Assembly (NCBI GenBank): GCA_038247415.1
Contig: JBBRUX010000033.1
Coordinates: 1 to 45,274, forward strand
Origin: Chitinivibrionales bacterium
Lineage (GTDB): Bacteria; Fibrobacterota; Chitinivibrionia; Chitinivibrionales; WJKA01
DNA length: 45,274 bases
Direction of reading: 5' to 3'
Part shown: positions 37,090-45,274 of the stretch, piece by piece
Layout: each line of letters begins with the position of its first letter
Position numbering within the stretch: the stretch's first letter is position 1
Program-made: the position numbers and the translations under genes
The notes under the pieces: generated by a model
Database searches by the model: none
Told to the model about the DNA's origin: nothing
The model's input: the letters and a program-made list of their open reading frames with translations, nothing else

Positions 37090-38690
37090 TCAAAACCCAG
37101 CAACAATCCGTTTCGTGAAGGCGCCTTGTCCCCATTGCACTATGCGACATCCGACAGGGCTTCTTGCCGCACTCCGCAGATTGCCCTTTCCGTGGGTTAC
37201 GAGAAATCGCCCTTGCAGATCAAAAAAACTGACCTGCGTGGTGCCTGGCTGTGACGTCGACCGACCTGCTAGATTTCGCCGGTTGGCCAGCTTCGTTACC
37301 AGCGCCGTTGATCCGAATCGGCCATCCTGCGAATAGGCCCAGAAAATATACAAACGGTTAATGCCGCCAATATACTCTGCAAAGGGACGCCAGAATACCC
37401 TACCTCCTTCGGAACTGGGGATTAAAAACCCCTCGTCAACTGATACTTGCCCCTCGGGAAGCTTGATTGGATCGAAATAGCGGTGTTTCAGCGAATCTGT
37501 CCCAACTTTGGCGAGTTGCATGTCCCCCTCGAAAAACGGCCACAAATCGGCAGGCAATGGTGCAAGCGAGTCGTAGCGCGCATCCAGTGTCGTTCCAAAC
37601 TTCGTACTTGAAATAAACGGTAACGGGACCAAAAAAAGATCGGGTATCCGGCCATAGAGCGGATTTGACGTCCGGGATCTGCTGCGCATAACAGATAGCG
37701 AGTCGAGTAGCGAAAAGTCAATGGCAAAGGAGTCATTGTTCCCTAATTCCAGTTCCAGAACCCCGAATGTGTTGACCGGTGTACACAACTCTATCGGTAC
37801 CCCTGAGAGCAATGCTTGTGGGCTTAGTGCAGTGCTGGTTCCCGAGGCATGCAAGGCAGCCTGCAGCGATATCCACTCCAACTCCCGCCGAGGATCGGCA
37901 AATTGCCATAGCCGAGAATCAGCCGGCGAACGGAAATAGGTGATTCCTTCGTTGCACAACGAAAATGTCGGGTAGCTGGGACTTGTGGGGCTAACAAGCC
38001 CAACAGAACAACCCCGATATCCAAGGATGCCCGAGCATGATAGCACCGGTTCGATGCGTGTGTTTCGTGCATAAAATAGCAAACGTCTCTTCAAAATGTC
38101 AACCCAATAGGGATTGTAGACAATGAGCTGCGGGGAATTGGGCTGACCCGAATACATATCAAGCGTCACAACAAATTCCGTGGCGTTTTCCAGGCAAGTA
38201 AGCGAATTTGAGGAGAGAAGCTGTTGCAGGGCGGCGAGGGTTCGCCATCAAAGAATGTGTGAAGAGACTGCCAGAGAGAGTCGGTCCTTTTTTGCGTGCA
38301 GAAGTAATACCCACAGCTCAGGTCGCAGGGAGTGGTGAGAACGATGTACTCGGCAGTTGTGCGAAAATGCATAGGAATGCAGGATGACAGCATTCTCGAC
38401 CGTGCTATGACTGTTTTGATGGTGTCAACCATACTCGAGGGATAAAAATACAGGTTGAGAGCTGGAGTGGGCGAGGATTGTTCAATCGGTGTGAACTGTA
38501 AACTAAAAAGAGCATTGCCCAGAAGCGCTGGATGCCCGGTTGAGTCGGGTGCCATTTTCGCCTGCATGCTCAAGGATACAGGGATGATGGCATTGATCTG
38601 GCTAATGATTGGGTACGTAGCGGCCTGGACTGCGCGAGACATCAGAAGCCCGAGGGTTATTGACAGGATCATGATCATTGTCCTAGGCAT
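37090..38690 (-). pseudogene. Secreted protein with C-terminal sorting-like domain, split by a 1-bp frameshift into ORFs 38166..38690 and 37090..38169
   Basis: Only the first ORF has a signal peptide; only the second has the VSFFDLQGR C-terminal sorting-like motif. The second frame is open from 38247. The span is 1601 bp, one short of a codon multiple. AAGGAG SD before 38690. Confidence 0.65.
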
Positions 38691-38706
38691 ACTGTCTCCT
38701 TTTCAA

Positions 38707-38958
38707 TTAGTGAATATTGATATCAACTGGGCCTTCGTTGTAGCTAACGGCAAATGTCAGGCCGACCGTTCGCACGATATACGATACAAACGTTCCGGGA
38801 GGTATTGATTTCACTGTATCAATAAAGATAGTATCTGCAGTTGTGAAAAGAGTATCCATCTGCCAATTGCTATTGTAAAGAACAACTTCGTATCCACGAA
38901 TATCGGATGCAGCGTAAGAAATGTATTTGTAGTTGTTAATAATAGATATGTGGTTAAA
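38707..38958 (-). pseudogene. 3' remnant of a gene ending in an FN3-like domain
   Basis: Open frame ..YAASDIRGYEVVLYNSNWQMDTLFTTADTIFIDTVKSIPPGTFVSYIVRTVGLTFAVSYNEGPVDINIH* ends 16 bp before the next start. In-frame TGA upstream at 38961-38959. Confidence 0.55.
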
Positions 38959-39129
38959 TCAGAGTTGAAAAATTTTGACATCAGGGGGAATTTGGTTGCT
39001 AAAAATTACAACTCAACTGATACCAAGAGCACTTTTGGATCTGCTGCATTTTTTGTGTGCACACCCTAAAAGGGTTCAAAGATTTTTCATCAATTCATAG
39101 GAATTAGGTGACGATAAAGAACGGTATAT

Positions 39130-39193
39130 AACGGTGCATGAAGAGCTTGGAATTGTAAAGCAGATGATGGCTAAAGAACAACCGTAAGTTTAC
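39130..39193 (+). repeat. Direct repeat copy 2 (attR-like; displaced alternative 3' end of the Gx gene)
   Basis: aacggtgcatgaagagcttggaattgtaaagcagatgatggctaaagaacaaccgtaagtttac encodes TVHEELGIVKQMMAKEQP*, versus TVHAALDIVNKMVVKEQP* in copy 1. Confidence 0.9.
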
Positions 39194-39206
39194 AAGATGC
39201 TACGAT

Positions 39207-41357
39207 CTACAAATGACGTGCTCTAACTCGCTGCTCAATTCCTAAATGATTTTCCATAATATGCTTTAAATAGGATTTGTGATCAGCCCATTGCGTGGGA
39301 TCGTAGGTGACGTAGGATAATGTAATTTTAGGAGTGCCATCGGGGAGAATTTTTGCAACTGAATCTTCCTGACAAAGTGAAATGAGTCGCGATAAAACTA
39401 TTGCGCTCCCGGCGCTATCGGTCATGGGAAGCAGAGCGATGGGAATCTGATCGGGGCCCCATGCCATCGTTCCAATTAAATCGAGGTCACGAAGAGTTTT
39501 TTTAAAGCTCGATAATATCGCGCCGGTAACAATTTTGGATTGGGAGTCTGTTGCCTTTTGTAGCGGGTTTGCTGCTACGCTAATGCCCGTAATCGAGCAC
39601 ATGAGCACTGAGAATGGTGTATGGTAGCGCATGGTCCGTTTTACTTCTCGCTCCAGAAAAAACAGAGTTGCGCTTAGCGATAAAATCCCTTTTGGTTGTT
39701 CGTTTTTTGCAGCATCTTTTTTTGCCACAGAAAGTTTGTGTGCACGTTCAAAAAGGATTTTAATTTGTGATTCTGTAAATCCTTTTGTTTGCAGGGCTGC
39801 AATGAGAGCCACTGGTGGCGAATCGGCTGTTTTGAGATCTGGAATCATATCTGATATAAGAGAAACAAGCACTGTTTCATCAGCTCGTTCTTCGGCGGTA
39901 ACAACCTTGACAGCGAGATCATTGCGTGATTGATCGATGAGTTTTGACGTGTTTTTTTTAAGGGTACCTTCTACCGATGAGATAAGCGATTGGGAGACAG
40001 TACTACCTTTTAAACTGTCAACCAATTGCGATTGAATAGTGCCAATTACAGAGCCCAAAGCACTTTTAGAAGAGGTTTTAGCATTGTTAACGGCAACCGT
40101 ACTGCTGAGTCTTTCGATATATTCGGTGAGAATTGTTGCCAGCTCGTCATTTTCGCCATCGTTAACGTTTCTTATTTCCGCTCCAAGAACAATGAGCCGA
40201 GCAATGCCAGACGGGTCTGACTTCATGCACTCGAGCAAATCGTCGATTGATAAGCCGATATCATCGGAAGCAATAGAGAGTAGAGATGTGAGTGATTCGC
40301 TTTTAAGCTCAGCAAGCAGATCTTTTACCAAAACAAGATAATCGGTGATAGGCATGCCAGCACCAAGCAATCCCTCTTTGATACGTGGCAAAACGATTTT
40401 GAGTTCATCGATGTCTGGAATCATGCGTCGAATCAGGTTACCCATTCTTTTGACTGATATGGAACCATTTTTATATTCATCACAAATAAGTCGCACAAGA
40501 CAATCTTGCGAAAGTTTTTCTAATTCAGTGGTCATAGCGTTTTGTGATGACAGGAGTGTCCCAGTTGCCTTAAGTTCGTCGAAGCGCACTGCAACATCTG
40601 AGCGCAACCGTGAAACAGATTCAAGCATTTCCTCAATCGAAGTGAAGGGTGTATCGGAATTATTGAGGTTGCTGCGAAGGGATCGAATTTGCCCTGAAAG
40701 TGCCTGTATCGATACGTGCGTTTGTGGAGTATCCGTAGCTGTAATTGCTTGAGCAAGTGCAGTTGGGTCTGCGAGAAGCTGGTGAAGCGAAATGACATTG
40801 GCGATAGGAGAAAATGCCGCGGCTTGTTCTGCGGTAATTGATCCTGCAGAAGTCACTGCTGGCATCGTGGCTGTTTCGCGTTTGACAATAGCTTCATCGA
40901 TGGTTACTTTTTGGTAAATAACATAATTCAATCGAATCCCCGTTACTTTTTCTGCCACACAGTACTGTTTCATGGTGTCTACATTTTTGTAGAAGGCAAG
41001 GTCACCCGAAATCCTCAGAAATGATCTGATAGCTTCGACAGTAACCTGCGTATCAAAAGTAATTGACGCAATTCCAGCTTTTTTAAGGTAGGTGATAAGC
41101 CTTCGCGAATTAATTACTGCATCCACGCAAAACGATTCTACATACAGCGAGTCGTGCTCGATGCTTATGGTAAGTAGCGGAACAATCTTAAGGCATAGGG
41201 TAATTTGTTCGAGCAATGGCTCTGCCGATTGACGAACCGTTTGATGTTTTCCTCCATAGAGAATGGCATTCCCATACGCCATGTTGATAAGGCGCCCAAT
41301 AATTTCTGCGTCCTTTTTAGCGATGCCTTGCGGCTTGTTGGGTGCGGGTGTATTCAT
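39207..41357 (-). CDS. Large helical protein with C-terminal degenerate GGDEF-like domain
   Basis: N-terminal A.LYG..H..V / L...GI.SI.F region like that found on HD-GYP/HEAT proteins. C-terminal LEREVKRTMRY..PFSVLM..LRDLDLIG, with WGPDQ in place of GGDEF. Confidence 0.6.
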   Translation of the reverse strand: MNTPAPNKPQGIAKKDAEIIGRLINMAYGNAILYGGKHQTVRQSAEPLLEQITLCLKIVPLLTISIEHDSLYVESFCVDAVINSRRLITYLKKAGIASITFDTQVTVEAIRSFLRISGDLAFYKNVDTMKQYCVAEKVTGIRLNYVIYQKVTIDEAIVKRETATMPAVTSAGSITAEQAAAFSPIANVISLHQLLADPTALAQAITATDTPQTHVSIQALSGQIRSLRSNLNNSDTPFTSIEEMLESVSRLRSDVAVRFDELKATGTLLSSQNAMTTELEKLSQDCLVRLICDEYKNGSISVKRMGNLIRRMIPDIDELKIVLPRIKEGLLGAGMPITDYLVLVKDLLAELKSESLTSLLSIASDDIGLSIDDLLECMKSDPSGIARLIVLGAEIRNVNDGENDELATILTEYIERLSSTVAVNNAKTSSKSALGSVIGTIQSQLVDSLKGSTVSQSLISSVEGTLKKNTSKLIDQSRNDLAVKVVTAEERADETVLVSLISDMIPDLKTADSPPVALIAALQTKGFTESQIKILFERAHKLSVAKKDAAKNEQPKGILSLSATLFFLEREVKRTMRYHTPFSVLMCSITGISVAANPLQKATDSQSKIVTGAILSSFKKTLRDLDLIGTMAWGPDQIPIALLPMTDSAGSAIVLSRLISLCQEDSVAKILPDGTPKITLSYVTYDPTQWADHKSYLKHIMENHLGIEQRVRARHL

Positions 41358-42277
41358 AATATTGTATCTGCTGGGGTTGCATTATGTTTACAGTAGCGAT
41401 CTTTGTATCGAAACAATTCTTCTTTGAACGTTTGACATGATGCGTATCTGTTCTGGGTATTGGGCGCAATAGCTTTTGTAATGATGGCTTCGAGCGTAAG
41501 ATTAATTGTTTGAGATACTTGGGCAGGACGAGATACAAAAAAAGATCCGGGATCATCTTTCTTGCGCGAAAGCATTTTTACAACCGGCTCTACCCGAACT
41601 GGCAGCGTGCCTGCACACATTTCAAAAAGCATAACTCCCACAGAGTAAATGTCGGCACGGCCATCTGTGGGTTGACATGCCGCTTGTTCGGGGGCCATAT
41701 AAAGGGGTGTTCCTACAATAAGCTGTTTGGATTCCGATTCGGTAGCCGCAACGCGTGCAATGCCAAAATCTGCAATGAGGGGGCGCTTGTGCCGTTCTTC
41801 GATTAAAATGTTGCCAGGTTTAATATCTTGGTGGACAATGCCTTCTTCATGCGCATAGGAGAGTCCGTCAAGAATTGCTGTTAAGTAGTCGATTGTTTGT
41901 TCGAAAGGAAGAATTCGTTTTGAAGGTATTGGATTTTTCAACCGTCGTGAGAGCAAAAGTCGCAAATCGGTACCCTCAATAAGTTGCATGACCTGATAGA
42001 AACAATCGGGTTCTTCGTTCATTTCAAAAATCGGAATAATATTAGGATGACTTAGGATCGCAACAATTTCGCCTTCTTCACGAAAGAGGGATTGAGCTTT
42101 GTCGCTTTGTGCCACATCCTTGTGCAATATTTTGATTGCCACTTGTCGTTTAAGAGATTTTTGATAGCCTATAAAAACAACGCCAGTGGCACCGCGGCCA
42201 AGTTCGCGCACAATGGTTACGTTGCCAAGATCTCGTCCTATAAAGGGGGCCCAGTTGATATCAGAAACTTTTGCCAT
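41354..42277 (-). CDS. Stand-alone cytoplasmic Hanks-type Ser/Thr protein kinase
   Basis: LGRGATGVV, VAIK, HQDIKPGN, DFGIA, GTPLYMAPEQ, DIYSVG; no TM segment. Confidence 0.93.
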   Translation of the reverse strand: MAKVSDINWAPFIGRDLGNVTIVRELGRGATGVVFIGYQKSLKRQVAIKILHKDVAQSDKAQSLFREEGEIVAILSHPNIIPIFEMNEEPDCFYQVMQLIEGTDLRLLLSRRLKNPIPSKRILPFEQTIDYLTAILDGLSYAHEEGIVHQDIKPGNILIEERHKRPLIADFGIARVAATESESKQLIVGTPLYMAPEQAACQPTDGRADIYSVGVMLFEMCAGTLPVRVEPVVKMLSRKKDDPGSFFVSRPAQVSQTINLTLEAIITKAIAPNTQNRYASCQTFKEELFRYKDRYCKHNATPADTIL

Positions 42278-42311
42278 GGTGTATACGGCCTTCTGAGTAA
42301 AAAAAGATATC

Positions 42312-42977
42312 TTATAAGTTAAGCGGCTGAAGTATTCGTTCGCCCTGCATAATCCTAATGGCTATGCCAAGGAGTAGTATCCCCATACTACATGTTACCA
42401 CAGTTGTTATGAGTAAGGAATACCCAGATGCAATAAAAATGGTTGATGGTAATAAAAGCGCGAGCATGCCTAAAAATCCGCTGGTACGTGGATTTTTCAT
42501 ACCCAAAGATACTAGTGCTGTCATTGCACTGCTATACAGTGTTGTTATTGCAAAAATAGCAATACCCGTGAGGGGTATCGAACCCATAAACGAGCAATCG
42601 CCCCTGTTAAGGAGGAAATAATTAAAGCCTGTTGCTATAATTGTGGGGATTGTTCCAAGCGCGAGCACCATTAAAACCATGTAGAAATATTTCCCCAGAA
42701 GAATAGCACTGCGATTGAGACCGCAGGTGAGAAGTATTTCAAATGAACCTGTCATGCGTTCAGATACAAAAAGTGTATTTCCAAGGATATTACAGAGCAA
42801 AAACGAAAAAAACATCCACCACAGTAATTCCGCGTTTGAACTGGCGGTGGCGCCATGAGCCGTAAAAAGGGTTGAGTATATAAGAATGATTATACTAAAA
42901 ACAATAAACGTAGATCTATCCGATGCCTTAAAGCTATTCCATTCTTTCCAAAAGATGAGTTTTGTGTCTCTAAGCAT
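42312..42977 (-). CDS. ABC-2 type exporter permease
   Basis: IFWKEW N-terminus; SERMTGSFEILL..L.R..ILLGK motif; about 6 TM segments. Confidence 0.85.
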   Translation of the reverse strand: MLRDTKLIFWKEWNSFKASDRSTFIVFSIIILIYSTLFTAHGATASSNAELLWWMFFSFLLCNILGNTLFVSERMTGSFEILLTCGLNRSAILLGKYFYMVLMVLALGTIPTIIATGFNYFLLNRGDCSFMGSIPLTGIAIFAITTLYSSAMTALVSLGMKNPRTSGFLGMLALLLPSTIFIASGYSLLITTVVTCSMGILLLGIAIRIMQGERILQPLNL

Positions 42978-43875
42978 TTGGTAAAGCCTTTGAAATTCTT
43001 GAACGGAGCGAAGTTTCCCTAGGGTGCACTTCGTAAACTTTTATCCCACACGATACCAAAGCTTTTACAAGATCTGCAGAGGTCGTTTCTGGATTATTGA
43101 GCTTAATGGTATAGCAATTGTTTTCTGGGGGCGTTAAAAGTGATCCCCATTGCAAAAGGATTGGAATAACATTTAAGCCTTCTAAGGTGAGGTTCCATAT
43201 ATCCTTGAGAGATCCAGGCTGCGAAAGCTCAGATAATTGCCCACCGCGTAGCACTCCAATCCGATCGCAAAGAGTCTCTATTGTTTCGAGCTGGTGGGAG
43301 CTCAAAAGAATTGCCGATCCGCGTTTTTGTGAGGAGCGTACTAGTTTTGTAAATTGTGTGTAAGCCTCTATGTCAAGAGCAACGGTGGGCTCATCGAAAA
43401 TAGCAACCTGTGGCCATCCAAGAAAAGCTCTGCAAACAGCGCATTGAACTTTTTGTCCTCGAGAGAATGTAGACACTTTTTGGGGACTTGTTACAATGTC
43501 GCATTCTGACCAAAATTCATCGAGATACATGTGGAGGTCATGGGTAGAAATGTGTTTTGCGGCAGCGTAAAATTGCATATTCTGGGCGAAGGTGAGATTT
43601 CCAAAAAAACCATCATGATCGAGCATCATTCCAAGCGTTTGATACATTGAAGCTGCATGATTCCAAGTATTTAAACCATTGATCGTAGCTATCCCGGTAT
43701 CGGGTTTTAAAAGCCCGCACAGTATGCGTATGAGAGTTGTTTTTCCAGCGCCATTTAGGCCAACTAGTCCATACACAGATCCCGCTTCAATCGTCAACGA
43801 AACATTGGTAAGTACTCGAGTAGAAGAAAATGATCGGGAAACGCAGTGTGCATAAATGGGCGCAGATTCATTCAT
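42970..43875 (-). CDS. ABC exporter ATP-binding protein
   Basis: GLNGAGKT, FSRGQ, FDEPT, SSH. Confidence 0.9.
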   Translation of the reverse strand: MNESAPIYAHCVSRSFSSTRVLTNVSLTIEAGSVYGLVGLNGAGKTTLIRILCGLLKPDTGIATINGLNTWNHAASMYQTLGMMLDHDGFFGNLTFAQNMQFYAAAKHISTHDLHMYLDEFWSECDIVTSPQKVSTFSRGQKVQCAVCRAFLGWPQVAIFDEPTVALDIEAYTQFTKLVRSSQKRGSAILLSSHQLETIETLCDRIGVLRGGQLSELSQPGSLKDIWNLTLEGLNVIPILLQWGSLLTPPENNCYTIKLNNPETTSADLVKALVSCGIKVYEVHPRETSLRSRISKALPNA

Positions 43876-44031
43876 GCATTAAAAATGCGTTCTGCTTGGC
43901 TCAATTCCAAAATCTTTCTATTTAAAAAAAGATCTCGGAGACTCTTTTCTGCATTTTTGTCGTCGGAAAGTATTTTATATCAGCTGCTAAGTCGTTAGGC
44001 AGTGCAGTGTCACTTTTTTTGAGGAGTTTGC

Positions 44032-44775
44032 GTGCATCCAGATCTGTCTTTGGCAACCATCATGTCGCCAGCATTCTTTATGAATTTATTGTCTATTATC
44101 CTTATTGACATTGTATTGGCTGGCGATAACTCGGTAGTTATAGCCATGGCCGTACAATCGTTGCCAAAAGATAAAAAACTGAAAGGTATTTTCTTCGGAT
44201 CTGCGGCAGCCGTTATTTTGCGGATAATTTTCACCTTTTTTGCAGCTCAATTATTGTGTGTTTCTTTTGTCAAATTGATTGGTGGCGTGCTCATACTTTG
44301 GATCGCTGTTAAACTTATGGCAGACAATGGGGGCACTCATGAGGCCCAGAAAAAGCCAGTGACAGTTCTTTCTGCAATTTGGCTGATCCTTGTCGCCGAT
44401 ATTACTATGTCACTGGATAATGTCCTTGCAGTTGCAGGGGCATCGCATGGGAATCTTTTTCTGTTAATTTTTGGTTTCGCACTTTCTATTCCGCTTGTAG
44501 TATTTGCCAGCACCCTTATTTCTAATCTCATGCAGAAATACCCGTTTATCATGTGGATTGGCGCAGCAATTCTTGGCAAGGTTGGCGCAGAAATGATTAT
44601 TACAGATCCTATTATAATTTCCAAGATACTCGTCCCAGCGAATGTTGTTATCCACGATCATGGTACGATTGTTCCGGCACATTGGTTGACATGGGTATGT
44701 GAAATTCTAGGTGTTGTTGGCGTTATCGCTATTACTTATTTTCAGCAGAAAAAGGCAAAAAGCCTCACTACATGA
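44032..44775 (+). CDS. TerC family (YjbE-like) membrane protein
   Basis: IDIVLAGDNSVVIAMA and ADITMSLDNVLAVAGA motifs. GAGGAG SD before GTG 44032. Confidence 0.92.
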   Translation: MHPDLSLATIMSPAFFMNLLSIILIDIVLAGDNSVVIAMAVQSLPKDKKLKGIFFGSAAAVILRIIFTFFAAQLLCVSFVKLIGGVLILWIAVKLMADNGGTHEAQKKPVTVLSAIWLILVADITMSLDNVLAVAGASHGNLFLLIFGFALSIPLVVFASTLISNLMQKYPFIMWIGAAILGKVGAEMIITDPIIISKILVPANVVIHDHGTIVPAHWLTWVCEILGVVGVIAITYFQQKKAKSLTT

Positions 44776-44785
44776 AAGGGAGAGT

Positions 44786-45088
44786 ATGAGTGACGTGAGA
44801 ACGATAGATCGTTCAGAATATACAGCTCTTGTCAATAGCGGAGCATTGGTAATTGATGTGAGGACGCTGCAAGAATATTGTGGTATTCATATGCCTTTGG
44901 CAGTAAATATTCCCCACGAAAAAATCGCTGAGTGCATTAGGGAATATTGTACCGATCTGAATCGTACTATCGTTGTATATTGTCAAAGCGGAGGACGATC
45001 TCGATGTGCTGCTCAATCGTTAGCTCAAGCTGGCTACACAGCCGTGTGCGATGCCGGAGGAATTTCTTCTATTCTTCCACCAGTATAA
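44786..45088 (+). CDS. Single-domain rhodanese-like protein
   Basis: IDVRT..EY..H...A.NIP and the YCQSGGRS active-site loop. ATG at 44786. Confidence 0.9.
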   Translation: MSDVRTIDRSEYTALVNSGALVIDVRTLQEYCGIHMPLAVNIPHEKIAECIREYCTDLNRTIVVYCQSGGRSRCAAQSLAQAGYTAVCDAGGISSILPPV

Positions 45089-45098
45089 TGGATAATCA

Positions 45099-45274
45099 AT
45101 GAAACTGATTGTTGCTCAAACCGCTGGGTTTTGCATGGGAGTCAAAAGGGCTGTTGATCTTGCCCTAGATGTCTCTCATGGAGCGGATCATACACCCCTG
45201 TATTCTTTGGGTCCGCTTATCCATAATGGCCAAACCATCGAAATGCTGCGTCAGCGAGGTGTTAACCCACTTGC
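45099..45274 (+). CDS. ispH: 4-hydroxy-3-methylbut-2-enyl diphosphate reductase (5' part; runs off the window)
   Basis: Manual translation: MKLIVAQTAGFCMGVKRAVD..LGPLIHN. Confidence 0.92.
   Translation, partial: MKLIVAQTAGFCMGVKRAVDLALDVSHGADHTPLYSLGPLIHNGQTIEMLRQRGVNPL

Larger units (their letters stand above)
36686..39129. mobile_element. Decayed integrated island between the direct repeats (no integrase left)
   Basis: Flanked by the 64-bp repeat. Contains only broken genes and an attC-like site; the interior looks more GC-rich than the flanks by eye. Confidence 0.7.

Noticed and set aside
38742..38800. Second attC site (gctaac...ggccgacc)
   Set aside because: It lies in frame inside the FN3-like coding remnant and has no matching opposite core site.
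36622..39193. Diversity-generating retroelement TR/VR pair
   Set aside because: The 10 mismatches are not confined to adenines in either copy (t/g, c/g and t/c occur), and no reverse transcriptase is present.
43876..44031. yybP-ykoY manganese riboswitch upstream of the TerC gene
   Set aside because: Expected from context, but I could not find the conserved GGGGAGUA/CGUC core. An Rfam scan would settle it.
606..45016. Numerous 60-160 aa ORFs overlapping the called genes (e.g. 19961..20434, 36935..37336, 40345..40752) and the 208-aa 6822..7448
   Set aside because: They are antisense or off-frame shadows of well-supported genes, with no recognisable motifs.

Overview
45-kb bacterial chromosomal window. 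A TIGR02171-like FGE-domain lipoprotein and several PKD/Ig lipoproteins suggest Fibrobacterota, possibly Chitinispirillia/Chitinivibrionia; this is an inference. Most of the window is core or envelope genes: mtgA, an MltD-like transglycosylase, marC, larE, folE, folC, uvrB, an NtrY/NtrX-like system, an ABC-F ATPase, an ABC-2 exporter, a TerC protein, a rhodanese and partial ispH. Five structures are not explained by the ORF track. (1) The left edge has nested IS termini (five 23-bp IS21-like terminal repeats plus a probable IS1634 end) and a REP-like GC-rich element around a truncated Ig-domain gene. (2) Divergent sigma-54 promoters link a DUF4390-NtrY-NtrX-uvrB-HEAT operon to three uncharacterised exported proteins. 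(3) A strongly base-paired leader with alternative SD pairing precedes a DUF2225 gene. (4) A 2.5-kb decayed island is bracketed by a 64-bp imperfect direct repeat that duplicates the 3' end of a Gx/EcfT-like fusion gene; it carries an attC-like site, a hicB pseudogene, a frameshifted secreted-protein gene and an FN3-like remnant. (5) A non-RD Ser/Thr kinase is coupled to a degenerate GGDEF-like protein. I saw no rRNA, tRNA or CRISPR array. All family calls come from motif recognition, not database searches.
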